IMG/VR virus record: IMGVR_UViG_3300014208_000070
Location: 1-43,345 of that record
Origin: a virus
Lineage: Duplodnaviria > Caudoviricetes
Length of the DNA stretch: 43,345 nt
Reading direction: 5' to 3' (one strand)
Made by a program: the position numbers and the translations under genes
Part shown: piece after piece, positions 33,734 to 43,238 of the stretch
How positions within the stretch are numbered: the first letter of the stretch is position 1
Layout of the letters: every line of letters begins with the position of its first letter
Notes under the pieces: generated by a model
The model's input: the letters and a program-made list of their open reading frames with translations, nothing else
Database searches by the model: none
Told to the model about the DNA's origin: nothing

Positions 33734-36700
33734 ATGGACGAATTAAATCCCTACCTCGACCTGATCCAACAGGATAGTGCTGACAATATCCGCCAATCCC
33801 TGCAAACCGCCGTCGATAAACAACCGGATGCCGAAGCCAAGCTGCAAAGCTTGGCAAAGCAGTACAGCCTGCCGGTCGACGCGGTGCGCCTGGATACCGG
33901 CACCGTTGAGCGTCGAGCGAAACTGGATGCAGTAGATTACGATACCCTGGCCAAGTCGTTGCCAGCAACGGGAAACTTGCTGTCGGATCCCGCAAAAGCC
34001 GCAATCGCCCATGATGACATCGATAACCTAAGCGCGATCGAGCAAACACTTAAATATGGCAAGAACATAGGCCAAGCAGTTGCTACCTGGCCGTTTACCA
34101 TTGGCGAAGGCTTTGCTGGGCTGGCTGAGAACATAGCCGATATTCATAACAAATATCTTGATGGCGCGGCGAGCAATCCCTACGCCAAAAAACTCGGCAC
34201 GCCTATCGCCGATATGATTCATGCGGTCAGGCAGAATCAAACCGATTGGAACGCCTATTTAATGCCCAAGGGCGACAGCAACCTTGAATCCGGCATTTAT
34301 TCAGGCATTCAATCTATCGGCCCCAGCTTTGCCAGTATTCTGACTGGTAGCCCAGCCGCGGCGCTGCAATCGATATCCGCTATGACCGCCGGTCAGTCGA
34401 TGGCGAAAGCCAAGGATAAGGGCGTCGATCCCTTACTTGCCATGGGTTATGGCGCTGCCGATGGAGTGGTTGAGGGTGTCACCGAGCAGTTTGGCGTCGG
34501 GCAGTTTTTTAAAGACATCAAGGCCGGATCATCCATTGTAAAAACTTTAGTTAACCAGATTGTGCCGGATGTTGCCGGTGAAGAAGCGGCAACCGTATTG
34601 CAGGATTTCAACGAGTGGTCGGTACTGAACCAAGACAAACCGTTGCAATCCTATCTTGATGAACGCCCCGCTGCGGCCGCTCAAACGCTGATTGCCACGC
34701 TGGTCGGATCTGGCGGCATGGTGACGCTGGCTAAGACTGCCGATGCGATCGCCAATCGTGGGCTTAATGCCGCCGAAAAAGCCGACAATCACGCCCTGAA
34801 TATCGAGCAACTTAACCAGTTGACGGCAGCCAGCAAGGTGTTGAAACGCGATCCAGACACCATGAAAGCCTTTGTCGATACGGTAATCGGGGATAGCCCG
34901 GCGCAAAATCTGTTTATTGATGCAAAAACCTTCGCGCAATCGGGTGTGGCCGAACGGGTATCAGCGGAATTACCTGACGTTGCGGCGCAGATGAAAGAGG
35001 CGCTTGTTTCTGGCGGAGAAATCCGCATCCCGGTCAGTGATTATGTGACTCATATTGCCGGTACTGAATATGCGCAACCCTTAACCGACCATTTGCGCGT
35101 AGAGGGTGAAGAGTTCACTCGGGCGGAAGCGCAAACCTACATGCAGTCACACGCTGCAGAATTGCAGTCTGAGGTCGAGCGGATATTGATGCATAAACAG
35201 GCCGATGAGGATTTTCAGGCATCGGCTTTGTCCGTGAAGAACGCCATCAAGCAGCAACTGGAAACCGTATCGCGTTTTACCGACAAGGTGAACGATCACT
35301 ATGCTTCATTGCTGTCCAATTTTTATGCGGTGCAGGCTGATAAGTTCGGCAAGACGCCGGAGGAATTATTTCAGCAATATCCGGTTAATGTAGCGGCAAC
35401 GGGATTTTCCGGTAATGTGTTTGGTCAAGTATTGCCGGATGCAATGCCGGCACGGATGGAGCAGGGCGACGGTGCAAAGGCGGCGGCCATGTTTCGCGGC
35501 GATGATAAAACAAGAGCTATTTTACTGGGTCAGGCCGGTGAAAAACTGGCGGCCGATGCGCCTCATTTATCAAGTTACTCGCATTCAGTCGATGTATCAG
35601 CGCTGGATCACATTCGGAATCGCCATACGAATGAAAAAATCGAAGCATCTCGCAGTCAATTGCCTATTAGCGATACTGATGTAGCGAGTATCCCTGAAAT
35701 TATTTCCGGGTACGATGCGGCAAGATTTGATCTGACCAGTAATTTAGGGCGCCCAGCTATTGCCTATGTGAAAAAAATGCCGGATGGCATTATTTTGTAT
35801 ATGGAGGAAGTGAGGAAAAAGCGGAAGGATTTAGCTGCATTATCTATGAGAAAATATCCCGCCACAGCCGATGTTCAGCAGGTACTCAGTACCGCTGCCG
35901 ACGGCCCTAACGTCCGAAGCGATGGCGGGCATAATGTAAGTATAGATCAAAGCGGCGATCAGGTCTACAATCAGCGGAGGAGTAAACGCGATGACTACAC
36001 CATTGACCTATTTGGCATACCAGCCGAGGCGGGACAAACTGATAATGCCGGAACCGATACCGGAGGGCGTTTATCGCGTGATGACGTCCCGGACGGAACC
36101 TATGCAACCCGCACGCAAATCGTCCAGGAAAATACCCGACAACTGGGTGCTGATAAAGTAAAATCTCCCAAAGATGCCGCACAGGCGTTAGCTTATTTAT
36201 CAAACAGCAGTGTCGAGCGATTCGATGCGCTGATCACCGATAAAGACGGCAAGCCGCTGGCTATTGTCGGCGCATTTAAAGGCGCTGTCGATCAGTCTTC
36301 TGTCCACATCTCCACCATCACTGGAGAAGCTTTTCGTATCGAAGGCGCAGCTAATATCTGGTTTGCGCATAATCATCCCAGTGGGCTGGCTAAATTCAGT
36401 GATTTGGATCGGACTGTTTATAAAAAATTAGAGTCGGTTTTTCGCGGCAGCGAAATTACCCCGCGCGGTATTTTGGCGATCGGAGAAAAAGAGGGTGATG
36501 GCCGGCAGTGGGTATTCACCGATAACACCGATGCGAATGATAGCGGCCATGCTGATATAAAAGGCGTTACAACCAAGGCTAAAGGAAAGCCAACGGCAAC
36601 GCCTGTGGTAGAGCGAGTTTATAGCGAAGAGAATAAGCTGGCATCATCTATCAGTAGTCCAGCTCAAGCCAAGGCCACCGCACAGGACTTATCAAATGGC

Positions 36701-39700
36701 GAATCCGGAGTCATGCTGATGGACAACCAGCATGCGCCGGTGGCATTTATCCCCATGAAGTCCGCAGAATCCGAAGTGCTGCGCACCGATGGGCGCATGG
36801 ACGCGCTGCACCGAGGGTTATCCATGTCCAACGCCGCTGCCGCGATTATCGTCAACCAAGGCGATATGACGAATAACGCTGTGATGAATCTTGCTGGGTT
36901 CTTCAATACTAATGACGTCCGGGTACTGGACGTGCTGGATAAAAATGGCGACAAAATGGATTCACGCGCGGAAGTAGGTCTATCATTCAGCCGGGACAGC
37001 TTTAATCAGGGCGAGGACGTCAACCGTGGTGCATTTAATCCAGAAACACGGACCATCACCTTATTGGACAAGGCCGACTTGTCCACTTTCCTGCATGAAT
37101 CCGGTCATTTCTTTTTGGAGATGCAGCTTGATCTGGCTGCAAATTTACGCAAGGAAAACGATCTGGTCGGAACCACGGATGCGCAAAAACAGCTTATTGC
37201 CGATACCGAAGCATTATTAAAATGGTTTGGACTGCAATCTCTGGATGAATGGTACAGCCTGGACTTCGAGCAAAAGCGCGGCTATCACGAACAGTTTGCC
37301 GAAGGATTTGAGAAATATCTGTTTGAAGGCAATGCCCCAAGCCTGCAACTGGCTCGAATATTCGCCAGTTTTCGGCAGTGGATGAAAAAGGTCTATGAGC
37401 ATGTCCGCGATCACTTCAAAGACGTTGAGCTGAGTGATGAAGTGCGTCAGGTGTTCGATCGGATGCTGGCTACCGATGAAGAAATTAAACTGGCTCAGCA
37501 GGCGCGCAGCATGATGCCGTTGTTCGCTGATCAGACGCAATCAGGGATGACGCCTGAGCAATACGCCGATTATCAGGCGGCTGGGAAAGAGGCAACCAGC
37601 ACAGCCATGGAGCAACTGGCGCTGAAAGGTTTGCGTGATATGCAGTGGTTACAAAACGCGCGTAACCGCGAACTGAAAAAACTGCAACAACAGCATGATG
37701 AATTGCGCCGTGAAGTGCGCTCGGTAGTGCGGATGGAGGTATTGGGTCGCCCAGTATATAAGGCATGGGATTTTTTAACGCGCAAGGAAGATGGGGGAAA
37801 ACTGGATGCTCAAGCCGTGCGTGAAATGGATTTGCCGCAAATGGCAAGCAAACACCTACGCGACTTCAGTATGACTAGGACGGAAGGCGGTTTGCATCCG
37901 GACGTGATTGCTGAACTATTTGGCTTCACCTCCGGCGATCAGTTGGTTAGAGAGATTGCCGCCGCCGAAAAACCAAAAGACCTGATTGAGCAACTGACCG
38001 ACGAACGCATGCTGCAAAACTATGGCGAACTATCGACGCCTGATGCGATTCAGCGTGCAGCGGATTTGGCGATTCATAATGAAGTGAGAGCCCGGTTTAT
38101 TACCACTGAAGCCAATGCGTTGGCGCAGGCCACCGGCTCGCTACGGATACTGGGCAATGCGGCGAAAGAGTTTGCCGAAGGTATGATTGCGCAGATTAAA
38201 GTTAAGGATATTTCTCCGGTTCAATATATCCGCGCTGAAATCAGGGCTGCAAAAGCTTCGCTCAAGGCAGAGAAGGCCGGAAAACTGAATATTGCCGCTG
38301 CCGAGAAACGTAACCAGATAATCAACGTGCAGGCTACCCGCGCCGCCTATCAGGCGCAAGATGACGTTGATGCAGGGCTGCGATATTTCAGGAAGCTGGA
38401 AACTGATAAAAACGCTATCGATCCCGAATATAAGGATCAGATTTATCGGGAGCTTGAGCGCTTCGATTTGCGCAAGATCAGCAATAAGGGGATTGAGCGT
38501 CGAAAATCATTGGCACAATGGGCAGAATCGCAAAAAGAACAAGGTTATGATCCGGATATTCCTATCGAGCTGCTGAACGAGGCTACCAAGATTTCCTATA
38601 AGGACATGACCGTGGGAGAGTTTCGCGGTCTGGTCGATACCATCAAGCAGATAGAACACCTGGGTCGTCTGAAGAATCAGTTGTTAACCTCCAAAAAGAA
38701 CCGTAATTTTGACGAGGTCAAGCATGAGATTGTCGCCAGCATCGATTTGCATGCTGGGGGCAGGAAGGCCAATACACGCACGCCTACCACCAATGCCGGA
38801 CGCATGGTGGTAGGCTTAAAGAATTTCTACGCATCGCACGTCAAGGCCGCAACTTGGGCGCGGATTCTGGACGGTGGACATGATGGCGGCACAGTATGGG
38901 AATATTTCATCCGTAGCGCCAATGATCAAGGCGAATATGAAGCCACCCACCGCGCGGATGCCACCGAGAAATTAACCCAGATACTCAACCCGATATTCAA
39001 GATGGGCAAGATGGGTGGTAAAGGAGTGTATTTCCCAAGCATCAACCGCAGCTTGAACCGGGAAATGCGTCTGGCGATGGCATTGAACACCGGCAACGAT
39101 GGCAACTTGCAGCGCTTACTGGGTGGCGAAGGCTGGACGATTGAACAGATTGCGCCGGTTTTGCAAACTGTAACTGCGGAAGAGTGGCAGGCTGTGCAAC
39201 AGATTTGGGATTACTTTGATACATACCGCCCTGAAATCGGAGCCAAGGAGCGCCGTGTTTACGGTATTGAACCGAACTGGGTAGAGCCAAAACCGGTAAT
39301 TGTGCAGTGCAAAACAGCTGCCGGCATTCCTACCGAGTTGCGATTGCTCGGCGGCTATTACCCGATCAAATACGATCCCCTGGCCAGTCAACGCGCCGAG
39401 CAACATGCTGATGCCGAAGATGCCAAACGCCAGTTGCAAGGCGCTTATAGCTCGGCAACAACCCGCCGCAGCTTTACCAAGAACAGGAATGAGCAAATCT
39501 TTGGTAGGCCGTTGCTGTATTCATTATCTGGCGTTTACAGCGGCATCAATGAAGTGATTCACGATTTAGCCTGGCATGAATGGCTGATCGATATGAACAA
39601 GTTGTTGAAGTCGCATTCTATTGATCAGGCTATCCGTGGGCATTACGGTCCTGAAGTGGTGCGCCAGTTCAAGTCTTGGGAGCAAGATATTGCTAGTGGT

Positions 39701-40741
39701 GATGTGGCTGCGACTCATGCGGGTGAAATAGCGCTCGGCAAATTGCGACAAGGCATTAGTGCTGCAGGGTTAGGTTTTAATGCTATGTCGGCAGCCATGC
39801 AGGTGCTTGGGTTTACCCAGTCGATTGTGCGTGTTGGCGCTCCGTGGATGGGTCGCGGTATTTCCCGTTTTATCGGCGATCCGAAAGGGGCGTTGCGGGA
39901 GGTCAACGACAAATCCGAGTTTATGCGTAACCGTTCCAGAACCCGCTTTCGTGAGCTTAACGAATTGCGCAACCGGGTTCAGGACGAAACCGCTGCCCAG
40001 GCCGCTATCAGATCCGGCACATTTTTCATGATGATGAAGGCCCAGCAAATGGTCGATGTACCGACATGGTTGGGGGCTTATGACAAGGCGATTGCCGATC
40101 TCAACGAAGAGGAAAGAGCGATCGCCTTAGCTGATCAGGCTGTGATCGACTCCCAAGGCGGCGGTCAAACTAAAGACCTGTCCGCGATCGAGCGCGGCGG
40201 CCCGGCACTAAAACTGTTTACCGTGTTCTATAGTTTTATGAATACCGCCTTTAATCTGGGTGTGGCGCAAACCATGACCGAAAAGCAAAAAGCTAAACTG
40301 GCCGTGGATTATTTGATGTTATATTCGGTACCGGCTGTGCTGGGGTATTTCATGAAACAGGCTTTAACACCAGGTGGGGGTGATGATGATTGGGAGGAGC
40401 TGAGCAAAAAACTGTTGGCCGCGCAGATTGATTACCTGATGGGCTTGATGGTTGTCGTGCGGGAATTTTCCGACGCGGTTAAAACGGTGACCGGCGCCAA
40501 TGATATGGGGCGAGAATATCAAGGCCCAGCCGGCTTACGATTGATTGCTGACAGCATAAAACTTGCCGGACAGGCGCATCAGGGCGAATTTGATGATGCT
40601 TTCCGGAAAGCTACTATTAATGTGATTGGTGATTTATCCGGGTTGCCGTCTGCTCAGGTGAACAGAACGATAACCGGTGCGGAAGCATTAAATGAGGGTA
40701 AAACCGAAAACCCGGCTGCGCTGGTGTTTGGGTTTAGGTAA
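33734..40741 (+). CDS. Giant polyvalent ejection (DNA-transfer) protein
   Basis: 2335 aa, last late gene; BECR-like region, JAB HNHPSG, zincin LHESGH, conserved C-terminus (GGYYPIKYD, KLFTVFYSF). Confidence 0.85.
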   Translation: MDELNPYLDLIQQDSADNIRQSLQTAVDKQPDAEAKLQSLAKQYSLPVDAVRLDTGTVERRAKLDAVDYDTLAKSLPATGNLLSDPAKAAIAHDDIDNLSAIEQTLKYGKNIGQAVATWPFTIGEGFAGLAENIADIHNKYLDGAASNPYAKKLGTPIADMIHAVRQNQTDWNAYLMPKGDSNLESGIYSGIQSIGPSFASILTGSPAAALQSISAMTAGQSMAKAKDKGVDPLLAMGYGAADGVVEGVTEQFGVGQFFKDIKAGSSIVKTLVNQIVPDVAGEEAATVLQDFNEWSVLNQDKPLQSYLDERPAAAAQTLIATLVGSGGMVTLAKTADAIANRGLNAAEKADNHALNIEQLNQLTAASKVLKRDPDTMKAFVDTVIGDSPAQNLFIDAKTFAQSGVAERVSAELPDVAAQMKEALVSGGEIRIPVSDYVTHIAGTEYAQPLTDHLRVEGEEFTRAEAQTYMQSHAAELQSEVERILMHKQADEDFQASALSVKNAIKQQLETVSRFTDKVNDHYASLLSNFYAVQADKFGKTPEELFQQYPVNVAATGFSGNVFGQVLPDAMPARMEQGDGAKAAAMFRGDDKTRAILLGQAGEKLAADAPHLSSYSHSVDVSALDHIRNRHTNEKIEASRSQLPISDTDVASIPEIISGYDAARFDLTSNLGRPAIAYVKKMPDGIILYMEEVRKKRKDLAALSMRKYPATADVQQVLSTAADGPNVRSDGGHNVSIDQSGDQVYNQRRSKRDDYTIDLFGIPAEAGQTDNAGTDTGGRLSRDDVPDGTYATRTQIVQENTRQLGADKVKSPKDAAQALAYLSNSSVERFDALITDKDGKPLAIVGAFKGAVDQSSVHISTITGEAFRIEGAANIWFAHNHPSGLAKFSDLDRTVYKKLESVFRGSEITPRGILAIGEKEGDGRQWVFTDNTDANDSGHADIKGVTTKAKGKPTATPVVERVYSEENKLASSISSPAQAKATAQDLSNGESGVMLMDNQHAPVAFIPMKSAESEVLRTDGRMDALHRGLSMSNAAAAIIVNQGDMTNNAVMNLAGFFNTNDVRVLDVLDKNGDKMDSRAEVGLSFSRDSFNQGEDVNRGAFNPETRTITLLDKADLSTFLHESGHFFLEMQLDLAANLRKENDLVGTTDAQKQLIADTEALLKWFGLQSLDEWYSLDFEQKRGYHEQFAEGFEKYLFEGNAPSLQLARIFASFRQWMKKVYEHVRDHFKDVELSDEVRQVFDRMLATDEEIKLAQQARSMMPLFADQTQSGMTPEQYADYQAAGKEATSTAMEQLALKGLRDMQWLQNARNRELKKLQQQHDELRREVRSVVRMEVLGRPVYKAWDFLTRKEDGGKLDAQAVREMDLPQMASKHLRDFSMTRTEGGLHPDVIAELFGFTSGDQLVREIAAAEKPKDLIEQLTDERMLQNYGELSTPDAIQRAADLAIHNEVRARFITTEANALAQATGSLRILGNAAKEFAEGMIAQIKVKDISPVQYIRAEIRAAKASLKAEKAGKLNIAAAEKRNQIINVQATRAAYQAQDDVDAGLRYFRKLETDKNAIDPEYKDQIYRELERFDLRKISNKGIERRKSLAQWAESQKEQGYDPDIPIELLNEATKISYKDMTVGEFRGLVDTIKQIEHLGRLKNQLLTSKKNRNFDEVKHEIVASIDLHAGGRKANTRTPTTNAGRMVVGLKNFYASHVKAATWARILDGGHDGGTVWEYFIRSANDQGEYEATHRADATEKLTQILNPIFKMGKMGGKGVYFPSINRSLNREMRLAMALNTGNDGNLQRLLGGEGWTIEQIAPVLQTVTAEEWQAVQQIWDYFDTYRPEIGAKERRVYGIEPNWVEPKPVIVQCKTAAGIPTELRLLGGYYPIKYDPLASQRAEQHADAEDAKRQLQGAYSSATTRRSFTKNRNEQIFGRPLLYSLSGVYSGINEVIHDLAWHEWLIDMNKLLKSHSIDQAIRGHYGPEVVRQFKSWEQDIASGDVAATHAGEIALGKLRQGISAAGLGFNAMSAAMQVLGFTQSIVRVGAPWMGRGISRFIGDPKGALREVNDKSEFMRNRSRTRFRELNELRNRVQDETAAQAAIRSGTFFMMMKAQQMVDVPTWLGAYDKAIADLNEEERAIALADQAVIDSQGGGQTKDLSAIERGGPALKLFTVFYSFMNTAFNLGVAQTMTEKQKAKLAVDYLMLYSVPAVLGYFMKQALTPGGGDDDWEELSKKLLAAQIDYLMGLMVVVREFSDAVKTVTGANDMGREYQGPAGLRLIADSIKLAGQAHQGEFDDAFRKATINVIGDLSGLPSAQVNRTITGAEALNEGKTENPAALVFGFR

Positions 40742-40756
40742 TGGTGGCGCACTGGC

Positions 40757-41023
40757 TTAACAAAATGCTGCGCTGCGGCCAGTCCATATAATACCATCCG
40801 TCACAATATAATCGTTTGGTGCATTCCATCCCGGAATAAGCCAGCCACGCTTTAGTCGCACATAAATAGGATAGGCAACAGGATAACAATCTCTATTGCT
40901 CAGGAAATTATTATTAACCAGCGCGCCAAATGACATATACATACCCATTGGCTGAGTAGAATACGGCCATCGCCAATCGCTGCTTCCGCTAAATAATGGA
41001 AGTTGTTTTTTCAGTTTATACAT
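40757..41023 (-). CDS. Hypothetical protein
   Basis: GAGGA RBS before ATG 41023. Confidence 0.5.
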   Translation of the reverse strand: MYKLKKQLPLFSGSSDWRWPYSTQPMGMYMSFGALVNNNFLSNRDCYPVAYPIYVRLKRGWLIPGWNAPNDYIVTDGIIWTGRSAAFC

Positions 41024-41033
41024 ATCCTCTCCT

Positions 41034-41282
41034 TCAGTCTCTATGTAGTTCATGTTTGCGCGACCATCGGTATCTGATCTTTCCATTGATTGTTGTGGCC
41101 CAGTAACGAATACTAACATTGTTACGCTTACGGAGTTTTCTGGCACGTCTCGCGGAAACTTCACGGCCATTAGCTAGATACAATATCTTATTTATATATT
41201 CGTTTTGAAAGTTATTAGCCATTGCGTCGAAACGCAACTGAACTTCACCCCATCCTTCCTTAATTCCTGTTGCGGTGATCAT
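41034..41282 (-). CDS. Hypothetical basic protein
   Basis: Start overlaps stop of 41279-41494; SARRARKLRKR. Confidence 0.5.
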   Translation of the reverse strand: MITATGIKEGWGEVQLRFDAMANNFQNEYINKILYLANGREVSARRARKLRKRNNVSIRYWATTINGKIRYRWSRKHELHRD

Positions 41283-41494
41283 GACGCTATTATTCTCGTT
41301 AATTTAAACTCGCCAATGTCCCAGTTCAATTCTTCCAGGCGCTCGTTTAAATTACCCTTAAAGCCTTCTTCTCTAGCCTTGTCCATAATCGATACTTCAA
41401 CATCATGACGAGAAGAACCTACATGATGCGTTAATAATACGTCTCTATATTCATCGGTCTTTCCAACAGCGATAAAAATTTTATGCTCTTTCAT
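41279..41494 (-). CDS. Hypothetical protein
   Basis: 71-aa ORF with GGA RBS. Confidence 0.55.
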   Translation of the reverse strand: MKEHKIFIAVGKTDEYRDVLLTHHVGSSRHDVEVSIMDKAREEGFKGNLNERLEELNWDIGEFKLTRIIAS

Positions 41495-41528
41495 TGTTTA
41501 TCCATTAATAATATTAGCGATGCGTTAG

Positions 41529-41831
41529 TCACCTGCGAAATATACCCCAGCCGCCACCAATGCCAGTTTTACCAGGCTGGACAAATGTTGTTCTTCCGGG
41601 TTCTGAGCATCTTCCTTTTTCTCCTCCAGTGATAAGCCTGTTAATTGAAAATACTAAACACGGAGGATCAGCTTTATACCCGCCGCATGGGCGGCCTAAC
41701 GGCTCATTCAACGCAGACCCGCCGCTCTGTGCTTCGTTTTTGTTTTGTTCTGTTCTGTACCCATAATCAGGACGCAGTATCCTTGAAGCGGTTCCATTTG
41801 AAAAAATTACATCATCGTCATCAATTCTCAT
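41529..41831 (-). CDS. Hypothetical protein
   Basis: 100-aa ORF co-oriented with the cluster; start uncertain. Confidence 0.35.
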   Translation of the reverse strand: MRIDDDDVIFSNGTASRILRPDYGYRTEQNKNEAQSGGSALNEPLGRPCGGYKADPPCLVFSINRLITGGEKGRCSEPGRTTFVQPGKTGIGGGWGIFRR

Positions 41832-41905
41832 TTAATTCACCATGGATTGTCATCGGGTTTTACTTTCATAATTTGAATCCTATCATAAATATCTATTAAA
41901 TATTT

Positions 41906-41936
41906 TTCCCCAAAATAAAAATATAACTATCTGATA
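41906..41936 (+). promoter_or_regulatory. Arm-type site and IHF-like site in attR
   Basis: TTCCCCAAAATAA (41906-41918) identical to 487-499; TAACTATCTGATA (41924-41936) is one mismatch from the reverse IHF consensus. Confidence 0.6.
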
Positions 41937-41997
41937 TAATTACACTTAAAAAGTTAGTAAATAGCCTTAATAATTTTAATTATGTCGGCGTAAGTAA

Positions 41998-42492
41998 TTG
42001 AATAGAAAAGAAAAAATAAAGGTGCTTTTTATCTGCATGGGCAACATCTGCCGGTCGCCCACTGCTGAGGGCGTCTTTACGAAACTCATTAAAGAGCAGG
42101 GAGTAAGCGAATGTTTTGCTGTCGATTCGGCCGGCACGCATGCGCATCATGTCGGCGATGCTCCTGATTTGCGCGCCCAAAAAGCAGCCATCGACCGGGG
42201 CATTGATTTAAAGCATTTGCGGGCCAGAAGAGTCGTCCTGGGAGATTTTGAGGATTTCGATTTTTTGTTGGCCATGGATGATGATAATTACTCAATACTT
42301 ATCGGTGCCTGTCCCGAACAACACAAAGATAAAGTTAAATATTTTCTCGATTACGCTCCGCATTTGAATGAGCGCGAAGTGCCTGATCCCTATTATGGCG
42401 GCAAATACGGTTTTGAGAGGGTGCTGGACATGATAGAAGAAGCCTCAACCGGTTTTCTGAAAACATTACAGGCAGTCGGAGCCATAAAATGA
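41998..42492 (+). CDS. ptpA: Low-molecular-weight protein-tyrosine phosphatase with phage-derived N-terminus
   Basis: VLFICMGNICRSPTAE P-loop, DSAGT, VPDPYYG; TTG start. Confidence 0.93.
   Translation: MNRKEKIKVLFICMGNICRSPTAEGVFTKLIKEQGVSECFAVDSAGTHAHHVGDAPDLRAQKAAIDRGIDLKHLRARRVVLGDFEDFDFLLAMDDDNYSILIGACPEQHKDKVKYFLDYAPHLNEREVPDPYYGGKYGFERVLDMIEEASTGFLKTLQAVGAIK
42032..42047 (+). repeat. attR core TCTGCATGGGCA(A)CAT
   Basis: Direct repeat of 406-421. Confidence 0.9.
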
Positions 42493-42518
42493 TAGCCGCA
42501 GGCAAATAGGACAGCAGC

Positions 42519-43238
42519 ATGGCGATAGTATCAAATACCGTAGGTTATCTGGATGGCGATGTATTGCTGGAGGCTTTTTTTGCTTTTGACGATTCATTCT
42601 CAACTCGCAGGCCGGCTGTTTTAATTAATCATGCCTGGGGCGGGAGGGATGATTTTGTTGCAGAAAAGGCTAAAAAGCTCGCAGCTTTGGGCTATGTCGG
42701 CTTTGCGGTTGATATGTACGGAAAAGGCATTTTGGGTTCAGGCCCGGAAGAAAACATGAAACTCATGCAGCCGTTTATGGCTGATCGGGCAATGCTGCAA
42801 AAGCGCATGAAAGCTGCGCTTTATGCCGTGACACTGTTGCCCTGGGTTGATGACAGTAAAATCGCCGCGATTGGTTTTTGTTTTGGCGGTTTGTGTTCGC
42901 TTGATCTGGCCAGGACAGGCGCTGACCTGGAGGGTGTGGTCAGCTTCCATGGATTGCTGGGCGCGCCGGACAATACGCAAGGCACTGCGGTTAAGGCGAA
43001 GGTTTTGGCCTTGTGCGGTCATGACGATCCTCTGGTTCCGGTTGAGCAGGTGCTTGCCTTCCAGCAGGAAATGACGGAAGCAGGCGCGGACTGGCAGATG
43101 CATGTTTATGGCCATACGATGCATGCGTTTACCAATCCTGTAGCCAATGATCCGGCATTTGGCACGGTCTATCAGGCTGATGCAGACAGGCGATCATGGA
43201 TAGCGATGGAAAACTTCCTGGCCGAAATTTTCGCCTAG
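42519..43238 (+). CDS. Dienelactone hydrolase family protein (host)
   Basis: IGFCFGG nucleophile elbow, VSFHG, DDPLV, HAFTNP. Confidence 0.92.
   Translation: MAIVSNTVGYLDGDVLLEAFFAFDDSFSTRRPAVLINHAWGGRDDFVAEKAKKLAALGYVGFAVDMYGKGILGSGPEENMKLMQPFMADRAMLQKRMKAALYAVTLLPWVDDSKIAAIGFCFGGLCSLDLARTGADLEGVVSFHGLLGAPDNTQGTAVKAKVLALCGHDDPLVPVEQVLAFQQEMTEAGADWQMHVYGHTMHAFTNPVANDPAFGTVYQADADRRSWIAMENFLAEIFA

Larger units (their letters stand above)
406..42047. mobile_element. Prophage: lambdoid regulation plus epsilon15/BPP-1-like podovirus morphogenesis genes
   Basis: Bounded by att direct repeats; int/xis, cI/cro, replication, Q, terminase, portal, capsid, tail tubular, tail fibre and ejection genes all present as open frames. 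Confidence 0.95.

Noticed and set aside
30417-40048. Many antisense and alternate-frame ORFs of 60-190 aa within structural genes
   Set aside because: No recognisable motifs or RBS; expected shadow ORFs of long coding regions
40757-41282. Programmed frameshift joining 41034-41282 and 40757-41170
   Set aside because: A separate RBS and ATG at 41023 explain two non-overlapping genes
41694-41730. attC-like half site GCCTAAC...TTCAAC
   Set aside because: No complementary GTTRRRY end found at a suitable distance and no integron integrase; at most a remnant
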